Shown: positions 36,913 through 47,754 of the stretch, in pieces
Layout: every line of letters starts with the position of its first letter
Numbering within the stretch: position 1 is the first letter of the stretch
IMG/VR virus record: IMGVR_UViG_3300035042_000066
Length of the DNA stretch: 64,000 nt
Reading direction: 5' to 3' (one strand)
Source of the DNA: a virus
Translations under genes and position numbers: made by a program
Notes under the pieces: generated by a model
What the model saw: only the letters and a program-made list of their open reading frames with translations
Databases searched by the model: none
What the model was told of the DNA's origin: nothing

Positions 36913-39900
36913 TTAACCACATTTAGACCAGAAACAAACAGGACAAGTTTTACAACCTTCAATTAACTGTAATTCTGCTTCACATTCTGGACATAATATT
37001 CCAGTATTTTTATCAACAATATAATTAGATAAAAATACCTTTAACCTATAAATTAAAGAATTAATAGGAATATCTAAATCATCTAAAGTGTTAACAATTT
37101 TTTCAATTTTAACATTGTGTCTTAGTAAAAGTCCAATAGCTCTACTGATTTTAACTACATTAGATTGATTATTACTTTTCTTTTTATTATCTTCAATTAA
37201 TGTAGTTTCAATACCTTCTTTAATTGCTAGTTCTTCAAGTGCATTAATAGCGTTATGAGCATCAATTTGTTTTTCAGTATGATTAGTACTTACAAAAATA
37301 GCAAATGGGCGAGTTTTAGCTTTATCCTTAAACGCGACTTGAATATACCATTTTCGTCCTTCAGAAATAATTTTAAATCCTCTCATGGGATATTCAGAAG
37401 GTAATGAAACACTTTCTTTAATTACTTCTCCTTTTTCATGATCTTTCCAAATATCAAAAAATTCTTGTTTTTCTTCTTTAACTTCTGCACTTAGAACTGA
37501 ACCTCTAATTTCGTTTGGTATATATGTTGTAGTTCCTTTTAATCCTTCTTTCCAAGCTCTTTTATAAATATCTTTAAAATCTTCAAATGGATAATCTTCA
37601 GGTAAATTTATAGTTTTACTAATCGAAGAATCAATATATTTTTGAGCAATAATTTGAACATCTAAATGATCTTTATCTTTTAAGTCATTAATAGTTTCAA
37701 AATAATCAGGTAATTCTGCATCTTCACCATATAGATTTTCATATAACCAAACTGCATAATCAGTTACTGGTTCTTGAATTTCTGTTCCATCATCTTGTTT
37801 TACTTTTCTCCAATACTTTAGATTAAAAATTGGTTCAATACCAGAAGAACAATTGTTCATAATGATGCTAGAAGTTCCAGAAGGCGCCGTCGTCAATAAT
37901 CTTGAATTATAAATTCCATGTTTAACAATATCATTTCTTATATCTTCAGGTAATCTCTGACAAAAAGTTGATTCAATAAATTTAGGATCGAATCCAGTAA
38001 ATGTTTTATTTAATCCTTTAGTAATTTCTATAGATGTTTTATATGATACATCTCTTAAAGTTTTTAATAAATTTTCAGTAAATTCTTTACCTTCATTACT
38101 ACTATATTTTATTTTCATCATACATAAAGAATCAGCTAATCCTGTAAAACCTAATCCAACTGGTCTTTTGTTATGAGCAACTTCTTTTTGTTCTTCTAGT
38201 GGATAATAATTAATATCAATAATTTTATTAAGTAAAATTACCATTAGTTTAATACTTTGTTCATATTTTTCTTGTTGAAATTCAGGATTAATAAATGGAT
38301 TTTTTACTAATGTACTATAATTTACAGACCCTAAATTACAACTCGAATACTCAGGCAGAGGTTCCTCACCACAATTATGAACTAAAATACCTGAACAATT
38401 ATTATAGTTATCATCTAAACTTTTAGTAATAATATTAAAATTGTGATTATCTTCTACATTTAAATCATATACATCTTCAAATTCATTGTTATCTATTACA
38501 TCTTCTACAAATATTCTATCATTAAGTATTTGTTCAGATTTTTCTCTTTCTTTAATAATTTCTTGTAACCTTTTTCCTTTAACCGAATTTTCAAATTTTT
38601 CTAACTCATTTTTTAGTCTTTCTTCACTCCAATTATATCTTTGTGCATTTCCTAATATATTTCTTTTAGCATTATATAAACTAAAATATTCTTTATCTAT
38701 TTTAAAAATTGGATTATCTTTACCGTGTCTTTTTGTAATTCTCTTATGCTCTTCTACTGTTAAAAGTTGAAGATTTTTTATATTATCATTTGTACTATTA
38801 TTATCAATATGATCAATATTATATTCTTTACCATTATACTCCCCATTATAATATTCCCATATCATTCTATATTGTCTATCTTTTCCATTACTAATAGTGT
38901 TAATATGTCTATATGATTTATTATTTTTTGTGTTGGAATAAGTATAAAATTTTTCTAGTTCTAATCCTAATGAATCTTTAGCCTCAATATAACTTTTACC
39001 ATCTGTTAATGCTAATAGATGATCTGGGGTACATCTAAATTTTGATCCATCAGATAGAATAATAGTTAATAATTTTTTATAACCTGTTTTAAATGCTGTA
39101 GCCTTTTTAATTTCAGTTTTCCAACTATTACGGGTCTTATTTTTTCTACTAGAATAAACTAAAAATTCCTCTTTTGACTCTGCTAATTCCTTGATTGTAA
39201 CACCATTTCTCCCATCAGCTGTTGCAATAATTGTATCACCAGGAAAACACGGATTTGTTGTAAAAATATATTCATCATACCAAAGATTATTTTCACGATT
39301 AATTGTATCTAAAAATAATACGCCTGGCTCAGCATATTTATATGTTGCTTTCATTATTTTTTCATATAATTCTGCTGCATTTACAGTTTTATATACTTTA
39401 ATTGGATAACCTTTTGATTTCCACTCTTTAATATTTCCGTCCCATTCAGAGTTATATTTTTCAAATGATGTATCTGGAAAAATCAAATCCCATTCTTCAT
39501 CATTTTCTACGGCTTTCATAAATTCATCTGAAATTCCAACAGAAATATTAAAGTTAGTTAAAACTCCTTTTTCTTGTTTAACTTCAATGAATTTTTCGAT
39601 ATCAGGATGCCAAATATCAAGAACACCAATTTGAGCGCCTCTTCTATTATTACCACCTTTAATACTATCACACGTAGAATCAAAGATTTTCATAAACGAT
39701 AGCGGACCAGTAGAAACACCACCACTAGTAGAAATATCTGAATTTTCAGGTCTTAGAATAGAAAAAGAATAACCATTACCACCACCCGATTTCATCGTTA
39801 TTGCTGCTTCAGAAACCGCTTTCATAATACCTTGCATACTATCTTTCTTAATTGGGATTACATAACAATTAGAAAAGGTTTGTTCTTTTCTATCAGTACC

Positions 39901-40140
39901 TAGAGAATACATAGGCCTTCCGGCTAAAGAACAATAATGATTACTCAAATATTCATATGTTAATTCTTTTAATTCTTTAAATCCTTTTAAATTAAGAATA
40001 TTACAAAATACTTTAATTTCTTCAGAATTACATCCATTAAAAATAGCGTTGACAATTCTATTATAAAACTGTTCTGGAGTTTCACCATTCCATTGATATT
40101 TCATTTCCCAAATTTGTTTAGATATTTTTTGACTAATCAT
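36913..40140 (-). CDS. nrdJ: class II (B12-dependent) ribonucleotide reductase with intein
   Basis: SNCY, GGGNG, RRGA, TNPC/GEEPL, CNLGS, TAPSGTSS, SGIEP, C-terminal Zn finger. Confidence 0.9.
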   Translation of the reverse strand: MISQKISKQIWEMKYQWNGETPEQFYNRIVNAIFNGCNSEEIKVFCNILNLKGFKELKELTYEYLSNHYCSLAGRPMYSLGTDRKEQTFSNCYVIPIKKDSMQGIMKAVSEAAITMKSGGGNGYSFSILRPENSDISTSGGVSTGPLSFMKIFDSTCDSIKGGNNRRGAQIGVLDIWHPDIEKFIEVKQEKGVLTNFNISVGISDEFMKAVENDEEWDLIFPDTSFEKYNSEWDGNIKEWKSKGYPIKVYKTVNAAELYEKIMKATYKYAEPGVLFLDTINRENNLWYDEYIFTTNPCFPGDTIIATADGRNGVTIKELAESKEEFLVYSSRKNKTRNSWKTEIKKATAFKTGYKKLLTIILSDGSKFRCTPDHLLALTDGKSYIEAKDSLGLELEKFYTYSNTKNNKSYRHINTISNGKDRQYRMIWEYYNGEYNGKEYNIDHIDNNSTNDNIKNLQLLTVEEHKRITKRHGKDNPIFKIDKEYFSLYNAKRNILGNAQRYNWSEERLKNELEKFENSVKGKRLQEIIKEREKSEQILNDRIFVEDVIDNNEFEDVYDLNVEDNHNFNIITKSLDDNYNNCSGILVHNCGEEPLPEYSSCNLGSVNYSTLVKNPFINPEFQQEKYEQSIKLMVILLNKIIDINYYPLEEQKEVAHNKRPVGLGFTGLADSLCMMKIKYSSNEGKEFTENLLKTLRDVSYKTSIEITKGLNKTFTGFDPKFIESTFCQRLPEDIRNDIVKHGIYNSRLLTTAPSGTSSIIMNNCSSGIEPIFNLKYWRKVKQDDGTEIQEPVTDYAVWLYENLYGEDAELPDYFETINDLKDKDHLDVQIIAQKYIDSSISKTINLPEDYPFEDFKDIYKRAWKEGLKGTTTYIPNEIRGSVLSAEVKEEKQEFFDIWKDHEKGEVIKESVSLPSEYPMRGFKIISEGRKWYIQVAFKDKAKTRPFAIFVSTNHTEKQIDAHNAINALEELAIKEGIETTLIEDNKKKSNNQSNVVKISRAIGLLLRHNVKIEKIVNTLDDLDIPINSLIYRLKVFLSNYIVDKNTGILCPECEAELQLIEGCKTCPVCFWSKCG
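38374..39249 (-). mobile_element. intein (292 aa) with HNH endonuclease in nrdJ
   Basis: NP|CFPGDT...CTPDH...DHIDNNSTNDNIKNLQ...VYDLNVEDNHNF...LVHN|CGE. Confidence 0.92.
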
Positions 40141-40148
40141 ATTTTATC

Positions 40149-40403
40149 CTATTCTTCTATATTAAATTTTCTGTTATCTCTTTGTTTTTTAATATCTTTA
40201 TATGCTTTTTTACTTTCTTCTGATAAATTGCTATCTTGTACTAGCATACCTAAAACTTGAAATATAAATTCTATATCACTTTCATTTTGATGAATATCTG
40301 GATAAAAAGAATTTAAAATTTGTTCAAATGTTAAGTTTACTTTATCCATGTTTTTCTCCTGTACTTCCAAAACCACCTTCTCCGCGATCAGTTTTAGTAT
40401 CAA
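40149..40403 (-). CDS. hypothetical protein
   Basis: ORF track. Confidence 0.5.
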   Translation of the reverse strand: MILKLIAEKVVLEVQEKNMDKVNLTFEQILNSFYPDIHQNESDIEFIFQVLGMLVQDSNLSEESKKAYKDIKKQRDNRKFNIEE

Positions 40404-40788
40404 TAAAATCTACTTGTTCTAAATCTCCTAGCCAAACTTCACGCATAACTAATTGAGAAATTTTATCACCTTTCTGAATTTTAATATCTTCATTTCCTAA
40501 ATTAAATAAATGAATATGACAATTTCCACGATAATCACTATCAATTAATTCAGCGCCTTTAATCATTTTCTTTTTAGTCGCAACACCTGATTTATTATAT
40601 ACAGCTAAATCCCATCCTTCAGGAATATCAAATCTAATATCTAACGGAATTAATTCATCAGATTTAGCTTTTATAATTACATCAATAGGTGAAAATACAT
40701 CCATGCCTGAAGATCTTTTTGTTCCTCTAACTGGAGCATAAGCATTCTCAGATAGTAATTCAAATTTTAATTTTTGATTCTTTTTCAT
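40342..40788 (-). CDS. dut: trimeric dUTPase
   Basis: SGMD, IDSDYRG, ISQLV, RGEGGFGSTG. Confidence 0.93.
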   Translation of the reverse strand: MKKNQKLKFELLSENAYAPVRGTKRSSGMDVFSPIDVIIKAKSDELIPLDIRFDIPEGWDLAVYNKSGVATKKKMIKGAELIDSDYRGNCHIHLFNLGNEDIKIQKGDKISQLVMREVWLGDLEQVDFIDTKTDRGEGGFGSTGEKHG

Positions 40789-40797
40789 AATTTCTCC

Positions 40798-41310
40798 TTA
40801 ATTTAAATCAAATTCAGTTAATATTTTTTCTATCTCTTTTGTTATCTTACCACTCTTTGGATATTCAAGTTCTTTTCTGTTTGGATATTTTTTATTATAC
40901 TCTTTTTTTAATTTATTGAAAATTCTTTTTCCTAATTTTTTTGGCTTTTCAACTTCAGTAGGATGTATATATATCATGTTTTCTTGTTCTAAATAATCAG
41001 CTAAATTTCTTAATAATGTAGCTTGATCTAATTCTTTTTTATGTAAACCCAATCTCCTATATGAATTAAATATCTTACCTTCCCAAGCATTACACCTAAA
41101 ACATATAACACCTCGACACAATCCAGCACCATTGTTTCCTATTTCTTCATCTTTAAATAATTTATGTTGATGATCTAACGTACTTTCTGCTAGTGTAATT
41201 TTTTCTTTACATATAGGACAAATATAATCTTGTTCTTTTAATAATTTTTCCCTTAATAATTTTATATCTTTTTGTTTTAATTGAATATAATCTTCATTTT
41301 TTTTATTCAT
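40798..41310 (-). CDS. 49: recombination endonuclease VII (gp49-like)
   Basis: CPIC..LDHQH..CRGVICFRCNAWEGK. Confidence 0.85.
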   Translation of the reverse strand: MNKKNEDYIQLKQKDIKLLREKLLKEQDYICPICKEKITLAESTLDHQHKLFKDEEIGNNGAGLCRGVICFRCNAWEGKIFNSYRRLGLHKKELDQATLLRNLADYLEQENMIYIHPTEVEKPKKLGKRIFNKLKKEYNKKYPNRKELEYPKSGKITKEIEKILTEFDLN

Positions 41311-43003
41311 AAGTTATTTCCGAAAATCGCTTTTTATTTATATTAATTACTTGATCAAAATTTTCTTGAGCATTTGCTTTATGTGAAACAACAAATATAG
41401 AATATCCTCTCTGTTTCATTGTTTTAAATACACTCATAATACCATCAATTCCGTTTTGATCTAAAGATTGATCTAATACTTCATCCATAAATAATAAATT
41501 TACATTAACAGAATTCTTGTTCTTACATAAATCTAAAAATGAAAATAATAATGCTGAATCCAATCTTTGTTTTTCTCCAGAACTTAAATTTTCATATGTT
41601 AAATCACCACGAGAACCAGCTATAACAGTTTCTTGCATTTCTGAATCAAACATTACAGAAAATGATGCTTCAAAAATTTGTAAATACTCGTTCAAAGATT
41701 GATTTAAAATAGGAATATACTTATCAATGATATATTTCTTGACTCCCTTTTCAGATATTAAAGTTAATGTTTGATTTATATATTTAATCATCTTTTCAGT
41801 ATTAGCTAAATCTTTCTTTGTTTTCTTATGTTCTGCATAATAGGATTCTATATCATTATTCTCTAGATTACTTTCTTGAACTATCTCGTTATATTCAGAT
41901 TTTAATTCTTGAATTTTATTTTTATTATTTTTAATATTATTTTGTAAAGTAATGTTTTCTGAATTTATGGTATTACATTCATTGCTAATCTCTTGAATTT
42001 GTTTTTCTATTTTTTGAATTACTTTAAGAGCCTTTTCTATTTTATTTAATTGTTCTTTCTTTTCTTGAATATAATCCTGTTCTTCTTTAATTTTTTTATT
42101 AGCTAATTCTTTATTAATTTCTTGTTCGCATGTTTGACATATATTTGTATTACTATAAAATCTTATTTTTTCATCATGATTTTGTATTTTATATTCAAGT
42201 AAATCTAATTTCTTGTTTATATCTGATTTTTGTTTTATTTTATTTTGTAATTCCTGTATTTTGGAATTTAAGTCTGATAATTTATTGTTATTTCTCTGAA
42301 TTTGATCTTGAATCTCTAAATTATCTTCTTCTAAAGTAGACATAACTTTTGTTATATCTGCCTTCTTAGTTTCAATTTGTTTAAGTTGTTTTTCATTAAA
42401 TTCTTTTATAATTTCTATATTAGATTCAATATGTCCTAAAGTCATTTCTAATTCTTTTCCTTTTTGCTTTAGGATATTATTTTTTTTCTTTAAATAATCA
42501 TTCATTTCTGAGAACACTTTAATAGAAAATATATTCTCAATAAAATCTCTTTTCTCTGCTTTAGTTAAACTAAGAAAAGGAGTATAAAACCTAGAAGAAA
42601 TCATTATAGTTTGTTTAAAAGTCTTAGAATCAATTCCTATCATTGATTCTAACTGTTTTTGATAATCTTTTATATTTGAATCTTCGTTTACTAACTCATC
42701 ATTTTTATATATTTCAAAAACATTAGGTTTTATACCTCTTTTAATTTTATATTCATTTCCTAAATGTTCAAATTCTAAAATAACTAATAGATTCTTTTTA
42801 TTAATATTGTTTACTAATTTACCTTTAGGAATATTTCTATATGGTTTACCACAAAAAGCAAAATATATAGCCTCCATTACGGAAGATTTTCCATTTCCGT
42901 TTGTACCTTTTATCAATATTACTTTATTTTGATCTAACCTAAATTCGGTTAATGTGTTCCCAAAGGAAAGAAAGTTTTTAAATTGTACACGATGAAATTT
43001 CAT
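41303..43003 (-). CDS. 46: recombination ATPase gp46 (SbcC/Rad50-like)
   Basis: GTNGNGKS, CxxC hook, LSSGEK, MDEVLD. Confidence 0.95.
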   Translation of the reverse strand: MKFHRVQFKNFLSFGNTLTEFRLDQNKVILIKGTNGNGKSSVMEAIYFAFCGKPYRNIPKGKLVNNINKKNLLVILEFEHLGNEYKIKRGIKPNVFEIYKNDELVNEDSNIKDYQKQLESMIGIDSKTFKQTIMISSRFYTPFLSLTKAEKRDFIENIFSIKVFSEMNDYLKKKNNILKQKGKELEMTLGHIESNIEIIKEFNEKQLKQIETKKADITKVMSTLEEDNLEIQDQIQRNNNKLSDLNSKIQELQNKIKQKSDINKKLDLLEYKIQNHDEKIRFYSNTNICQTCEQEINKELANKKIKEEQDYIQEKKEQLNKIEKALKVIQKIEKQIQEISNECNTINSENITLQNNIKNNKNKIQELKSEYNEIVQESNLENNDIESYYAEHKKTKKDLANTEKMIKYINQTLTLISEKGVKKYIIDKYIPILNQSLNEYLQIFEASFSVMFDSEMQETVIAGSRGDLTYENLSSGEKQRLDSALLFSFLDLCKNKNSVNVNLLFMDEVLDQSLDQNGIDGIMSVFKTMKQRGYSIFVVSHKANAQENFDQVININKKRFSEITYE

Positions 43004-44034
43004 TCTATATCTCCAGATATAACTTTTATATATGTTGATTCAAATATTTTATTAATAGCGTTTTTATCAGTATTATTCATTTCTAATTCGTCAATATAGT
43101 TACTCCATAAATTTACAATAGAAATATCTTTTTGTAATTCTATATCTGGAATAGTATTCAGTACTTGTTCATCTATTATATTAACATCATATGCTATTTC
43201 TATAATCTCTGTAATATATTTTTCTATCTTAATATTTCTTTCTGTATATAAATATATTTTAACATTTTTCTCTTTTAAGAAATCAATATCATCTAATATA
43301 TCTTCATCAGATTTTATTTTTAGTTTGTAATATAATTTTGAAGGGTTTTGAATTTTCTCTAAATCATTATTTTCTGTATCAAGAATACCTATAAATTTGT
43401 CAACATTTTCATCATTCCAAGTCATTTCACATAATGAACCTAAATATGTAATATTATTTTTTTCAGAGTAATTATGATAATGTCCAGTAAGAACTCTTTC
43501 GTAATCAATTAAAAGATCAGTTGATAAAGAATTATGAGAACTCTTTATTCCTTTAATCATTTCGAATCCAGCTAAATCTAAATGAGCGAACATATATTTA
43601 GATTTATTTTTAGAAATAATTTCTTCTGATTCTTCTAAATTCGATTTGTTAATCCAAGGAGTAAATAAAAAAGATTCATCTTGAATAATAATTTCTTGTG
43701 GTAATTGAGAAACTACCTTAACATTATCGTAATCATTAAGAAGTAAATCTAAAGAATTTATCTCATTAGTATCTTTATAGTAACAATCATGATTACCTGC
43801 TAACATATAATGAGTAAATGAATCATTTTCAAATATTTCTTGAAAGAATTTAAGAGTTTTAAATGATACTTGTCTACGTTTATCGAATACATCTCCTAAA
43901 TATACAATATGTTCTATATTATTTTCTCGGAATTTATTATAAGCAAATTTAAGAGATTCTTCTTGATATTTTAGAAAATTTTCGTTATTCTCTTGAGCAC
44001 CTATATGGATATCACCAATAATACCTAATTTCAT
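43000..44034 (-). CDS. 47: recombination nuclease gp47 (Mre11-like)
   Basis: GDIHIG, LGDVFD, GNHD, GHYH. Confidence 0.93.
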   Translation of the reverse strand: MKLGIIGDIHIGAQENNENFLKYQEESLKFAYNKFRENNIEHIVYLGDVFDKRRQVSFKTLKFFQEIFENDSFTHYMLAGNHDCYYKDTNEINSLDLLLNDYDNVKVVSQLPQEIIIQDESFLFTPWINKSNLEESEEIISKNKSKYMFAHLDLAGFEMIKGIKSSHNSLSTDLLIDYERVLTGHYHNYSEKNNITYLGSLCEMTWNDENVDKFIGILDTENNDLEKIQNPSKLYYKLKIKSDEDILDDIDFLKEKNVKIYLYTERNIKIEKYITEIIEIAYDVNIIDEQVLNTIPDIELQKDISIVNLWSNYIDELEMNNTDKNAINKIFESTYIKVISGDIE

Positions 44035-44468
44035 TTATCTTCTCCATACATCTTTTTCTTTATATTATCTGGTAAAGTTAATTGAATATTATTTTCTAAT
44101 ATGTATTTCTCATATACTTGTCTCATTTCGAACCATTTTCTATCTTGTTCTTTTTGTTCTCTCTTTATTACTTTAAGGAATTCATTATGAATAACCATAG
44201 TAAAATAAGCAAATGGATTCTTTTTTTCTTTAGTATCAAATTTTTTAGCATATCTTACACATCTTAAATATCCTTCTATTATCATATCTTCTTTAAAAGA
44301 ATATCCTCTAAATGATGATATATTAGAATAATTAGATGCTAATTTATAAAATTTCATATGTAATTCTTCACTAAAATATCCTGTTTCATTATATTCTTGT
44401 AGTAATCTTAGAAATTTCTTGTTATCTATATAATGCTTTTTTTCTTTAGTTTCTGGTTTATTACTCAT
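44031..44468 (-). CDS. 55: late-transcription sigma factor gp55
   Basis: HYIDNKKF..., EDMI, NPFAYFT; synteny 55-47-46. Confidence 0.85.
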   Translation of the reverse strand: MSNKPETKEKKHYIDNKKFLRLLQEYNETGYFSEELHMKFYKLASNYSNISSFRGYSFKEDMIIEGYLRCVRYAKKFDTKEKKNPFAYFTMVIHNEFLKVIKREQKEQDRKWFEMRQVYEKYILENNIQLTLPDNIKKKMYGEDK

Positions 44469-44594
44469 TATTATTATTCTCCTATAAATATCAAAATATT
44501 ATACAGAAATTATAATACATAATTTTTATTTTGTTAATTATTTCTTTTAATTATTTTCTTTTATTTCTTTTTCATTCAAATTAAGTAATATGGA

Positions 44595-45190
44595 ATGACT
44601 TGTGAGTTTACGAGCAAGTCATGTAATCTACAGCTTGCCTGTAGATTCTTTATTTGTTTTATTTTATTATTTAGATGAGATATGAAATTAGATCAGATTT
44701 AATTTAGATATGAATATGAGATTTGATTTTATTTATTGACTTCAGACAAGCTGAAGATTCATATCATGTTCGTAAACTCACATGATATTCATAATATTTT
44801 TTTAGATATTTAAAGAAGAAATTTATTTTTATTTTTAATTTTTAATTAATATAATTTAGACCCAATGATTCCGGACATTTTGTAACTTCTATCTTATACT
44901 AGATTAATATAAGGTCATTGAAATAACAAAATGTCCGGAAAATAGAATTAATGGATACCACGGCCTTGCTTTACTATCCACCAATACTTGTCTACTGAGT
45001 ATTGGAACTTCTATCATCCGTCTAATTCACATTAGAAAGAGCTCCATATATCGTGGAGGGAAATTAAGGGCAAGAAAATTATATTATTCTTCCTCAATCG
45101 TATGCGTATTTTTTGAACCGCCAGCCCCTAAGCGATACTTCATATTTTAAAATAAAATAACCACTGAAGTTTTTTAGTGTGGGTTTTTTA
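44595..45190. repeat. palindrome-rich non-coding region, candidate replication origin
   Basis: Mirrored hairpin pairs at 44595-44647 and 44740-44788; 15-bp IR at 44869/44926; more hairpins to 45190. Confidence 0.5.
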
Positions 45191-45221
45191 TGAATGTAGA
45201 CTATGTAATTTCTTTATTTGT

Positions 45222-45737
45222 TTATGTTTTCTTTTTTCTTATAATAATTTTATCATTTTTTCTACTATCTTCTTTATTTGTAGTATTTGTAGTATTTGTA
45301 GTATTTTTCCTTGATTGTTTTTTATTTCTATTTTTTGCTTTATTTCTTAATTCTCCGGAACATTTATTTCTACTATTTGGATTTTTCTGTTTATTTTTGT
45401 TATTTATTAATTTTTTATTTTTCTTTCTTAATTTTTTAACAAGAAACCATATGCTACTATTTATACCTTGTGATTTCTTTTCTTTATATAGTCTATGTAA
45501 TTCATTATGACAATCTTCACATAAATATACAAGATCCGTTAAATGCTCTTTACCAATTCTTTTGTAAGTTTTATGATGTAGATGTAAAATCTTATTTTTA
45601 TCAAAACAAGTTTCACAACAACCAATATATAATTTGCTTTCCTTATATCTTCTCTTTAATTTAACCCAATGTAATGAACTCAAATACTCTCGATAATTAT
45701 TACAGGTTTCTTTAGTATCTTCACAATAAATTTTCAT
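45222..45737 (-). CDS. HNH endonuclease with Lys/Asn-rich tail
   Basis: CETC..HLHHKTY..LCEDCHNELH. Confidence 0.85.
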   Translation of the reverse strand: MKIYCEDTKETCNNYREYLSSLHWVKLKRRYKESKLYIGCCETCFDKNKILHLHHKTYKRIGKEHLTDLVYLCEDCHNELHRLYKEKKSQGINSSIWFLVKKLRKKNKKLINNKNKQKNPNSRNKCSGELRNKAKNRNKKQSRKNTTNTTNTTNKEDSRKNDKIIIRKKKT

Positions 45738-45838
45738 ATCTAATTCCTTTCATCTTTAAAATTTATTTTATCATACACCATAAATTAATTTTTGTAAAAA
45801 CTTTGTGAACTTTTTTGAAAATATTTTTTAACTAATCT

Positions 45839-45933
45839 TATTTATCTAATACACTATATCATAAATGTAAAACTTTTGTAAAACTTTTGTAAAAGTTTTG
45901 TAAAAGTTTATGAAAATAATTTTGAGATAAATA
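45839..45933. promoter_or_regulatory. divergent late promoters flanking palindromic 11-bp tandem repeats
   Basis: AGATAAATA on minus (45839-45847) and plus (45925-45933); (TTTTGTAAAAC/G)n between them. Confidence 0.6.
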
Positions 45934-45962
45934 ACACATAAGATAAAACAAGGAGATACAAA

Positions 45963-46436
45963 ATGAGAAATATTCTTTCTAGTAACAAATATAAAATGAC
46001 ATTTGATAGTGAAAGATTTAAAGATTCCGATATTAGTGATTATATTTTCAATGTAAATATTCCTTCTTTAGAATTAGGAACTATAGAACAAAGTACAAAT
46101 ATTAGGTCTATCCCTACTCCAGGTGAATCTATTACATTCTCTGATATGTCTATACAACTTGTATTAGATGAAGATATGAATAATTATCTATTATTCTATA
46201 ATTGGTTATATGATCTATCTAATTTTAATTCAGTGAATTTTGATAATACTATTTTATCTGATAGTACTATTGTATTTCTAACTAATAAATCTAATTCTAA
46301 TAAAGGGATAAGTATTAAAAATATGTATCCTTATTCTATATCTGGTTTTCCTATGAATATCAAAAATGAATCAGATGAAGTTACTATAGATGTTTCATTC
46401 AAATTTCAAACTTTAGAATTTTTACAATCAGTATAA
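45963..46436 (+). CDS. 3: tail tube terminator gp3-like
   Basis: VNIPSL...PGESITFSDMSIQLVLDEDMNNYLLFYNW. Confidence 0.75.
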   Translation: MRNILSSNKYKMTFDSERFKDSDISDYIFNVNIPSLELGTIEQSTNIRSIPTPGESITFSDMSIQLVLDEDMNNYLLFYNWLYDLSNFNSVNFDNTILSDSTIVFLTNKSNSNKGISIKNMYPYSISGFPMNIKNESDEVTIDVSFKFQTLEFLQSV

Positions 46437-46700
46437 AAGAGTAAAAAGAGTAAATACATTTACAACGGTTTAGATCAGTTGATATAATTTCTGAAAGAAA
46501 TATTTTTATTTCTTTTTTATAATCATTATTATTTTATTTTTTTGAATTTTTCTTTGAAAAAATTCTTTGAGATAATTAAATAATTTAAAATAAATTATAT
46601 CATATTTTTTGAGTATTGTAAAGTTATTGTAAGAAAAAAGAAATATTTTTATGTTTTAACAAACAAGATTAAAAGATATATAATACCTCTATTACAATAG

Positions 46701-47114
46701 ATGGAGGTTAAAATGGAAATAAAGAAATTTGAAGATTTATTTGAAGAAATTGAAAAAGACCTTGAAATAAATTCTGTTAATTTACAAGAGAAATTATTTA
46801 AAGTACCAAATTTACATACTAAATATTTAAGGATGTTCTATAATTATCAGAAAATATATCTAAAGAAGAAAAAACAACTCAACGAATTATACACTGAGAT
46901 ATATGATAAATATAAGAATGGAGATGAAATATTAGATAAAAAGGAAATACAGTTCTATGTTTTATCTGATAAAGAATATTCTGATTTAAAGTATAAGGTT
47001 AATCAATTAGAAAATATGATAGATATATTAGAGAAAACAGTAAAACGAGTTAATAATCTATCTTTTGACTTGAAGCATATTATAGAGTGGGTTAAATTTC
47101 AAGAAGGTGCGTAA
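46701..47114 (+). CDS. uvsY: recombination mediator UvsY
   Basis: DLEIN..NL..VPNLHTKYL...IIEWVKFQEG; near uvsW. Confidence 0.8.
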   Translation: MEVKMEIKKFEDLFEEIEKDLEINSVNLQEKLFKVPNLHTKYLRMFYNYQKIYLKKKKQLNELYTEIYDKYKNGDEILDKKEIQFYVLSDKEYSDLKYKVNQLENMIDILEKTVKRVNNLSFDLKHIIEWVKFQEGA

Positions 47115-47330
47115 TGTTATCATTTAAAGAATTAACTGAGCTAAATGAAATTAAAGATATAACTAGTAAGAATATTTGGATTAGTCTTCAAGAAGGTTTC
47201 AATATATCTGAAACAAAATTTGGTATTAATTTTCCTAAATTTGATAATTATAGAATCAAAAATGGAAGGACTTATTTTAAAAAAGAAAGAAATCCCACAG
47301 GCTTTAGACTGTGGGTAGAAAAGGTATAAT

Positions 47331-47732
47331 ATGGGATGGAAGAGTAAAAATAGACATAAGTATTTGTTGCAATGTCATTTGATATTTGTGTGTAAATATA
47401 GGAAGAAGTTTTTCTTAAATTCTACAATATTTGAAAAAGTAAAACAATTATCTTTTGAAATATGTAATAAACATAAAGGTAATATTGAAGAAATGGAAAC
47501 TGATAAAGACCATATTCATTATATGATTGAATATGAACCTACAATTTCTATTAGTAAAATTGTAAATCTAATGAAATCATATATAACTTTTCATATTTGG
47601 AATACAGAATCTAATTATTTGAAAAATTATCTATGGAAGGAAAAAACATTTTTTACAGATGGGTATTTTGTGTGTAGTATAGGGAATGTATCAAAAGAAC
47701 AATTACAAAAATATATAGAAAATCAAGGATAA
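47331..47732 (+). CDS. tnpA: HUH Y1 transposase
   Basis: HLIFVCKYRK, DHIH, GYFVCSIG, YIENQ. Confidence 0.95.
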   Translation: MGWKSKNRHKYLLQCHLIFVCKYRKKFFLNSTIFEKVKQLSFEICNKHKGNIEEMETDKDHIHYMIEYEPTISISKIVNLMKSYITFHIWNTESNYLKNYLWKEKTFFTDGYFVCSIGNVSKEQLQKYIENQG

Positions 47733-47754
47733 TTAATTTGACAAAATTAATATT

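Noticed and set aside
45190-45664. Hydrophobic plus-strand ORFs (45190, 45470)
   Set aside because: Antisense shadows of the Lys/Asn-rich HNH gene
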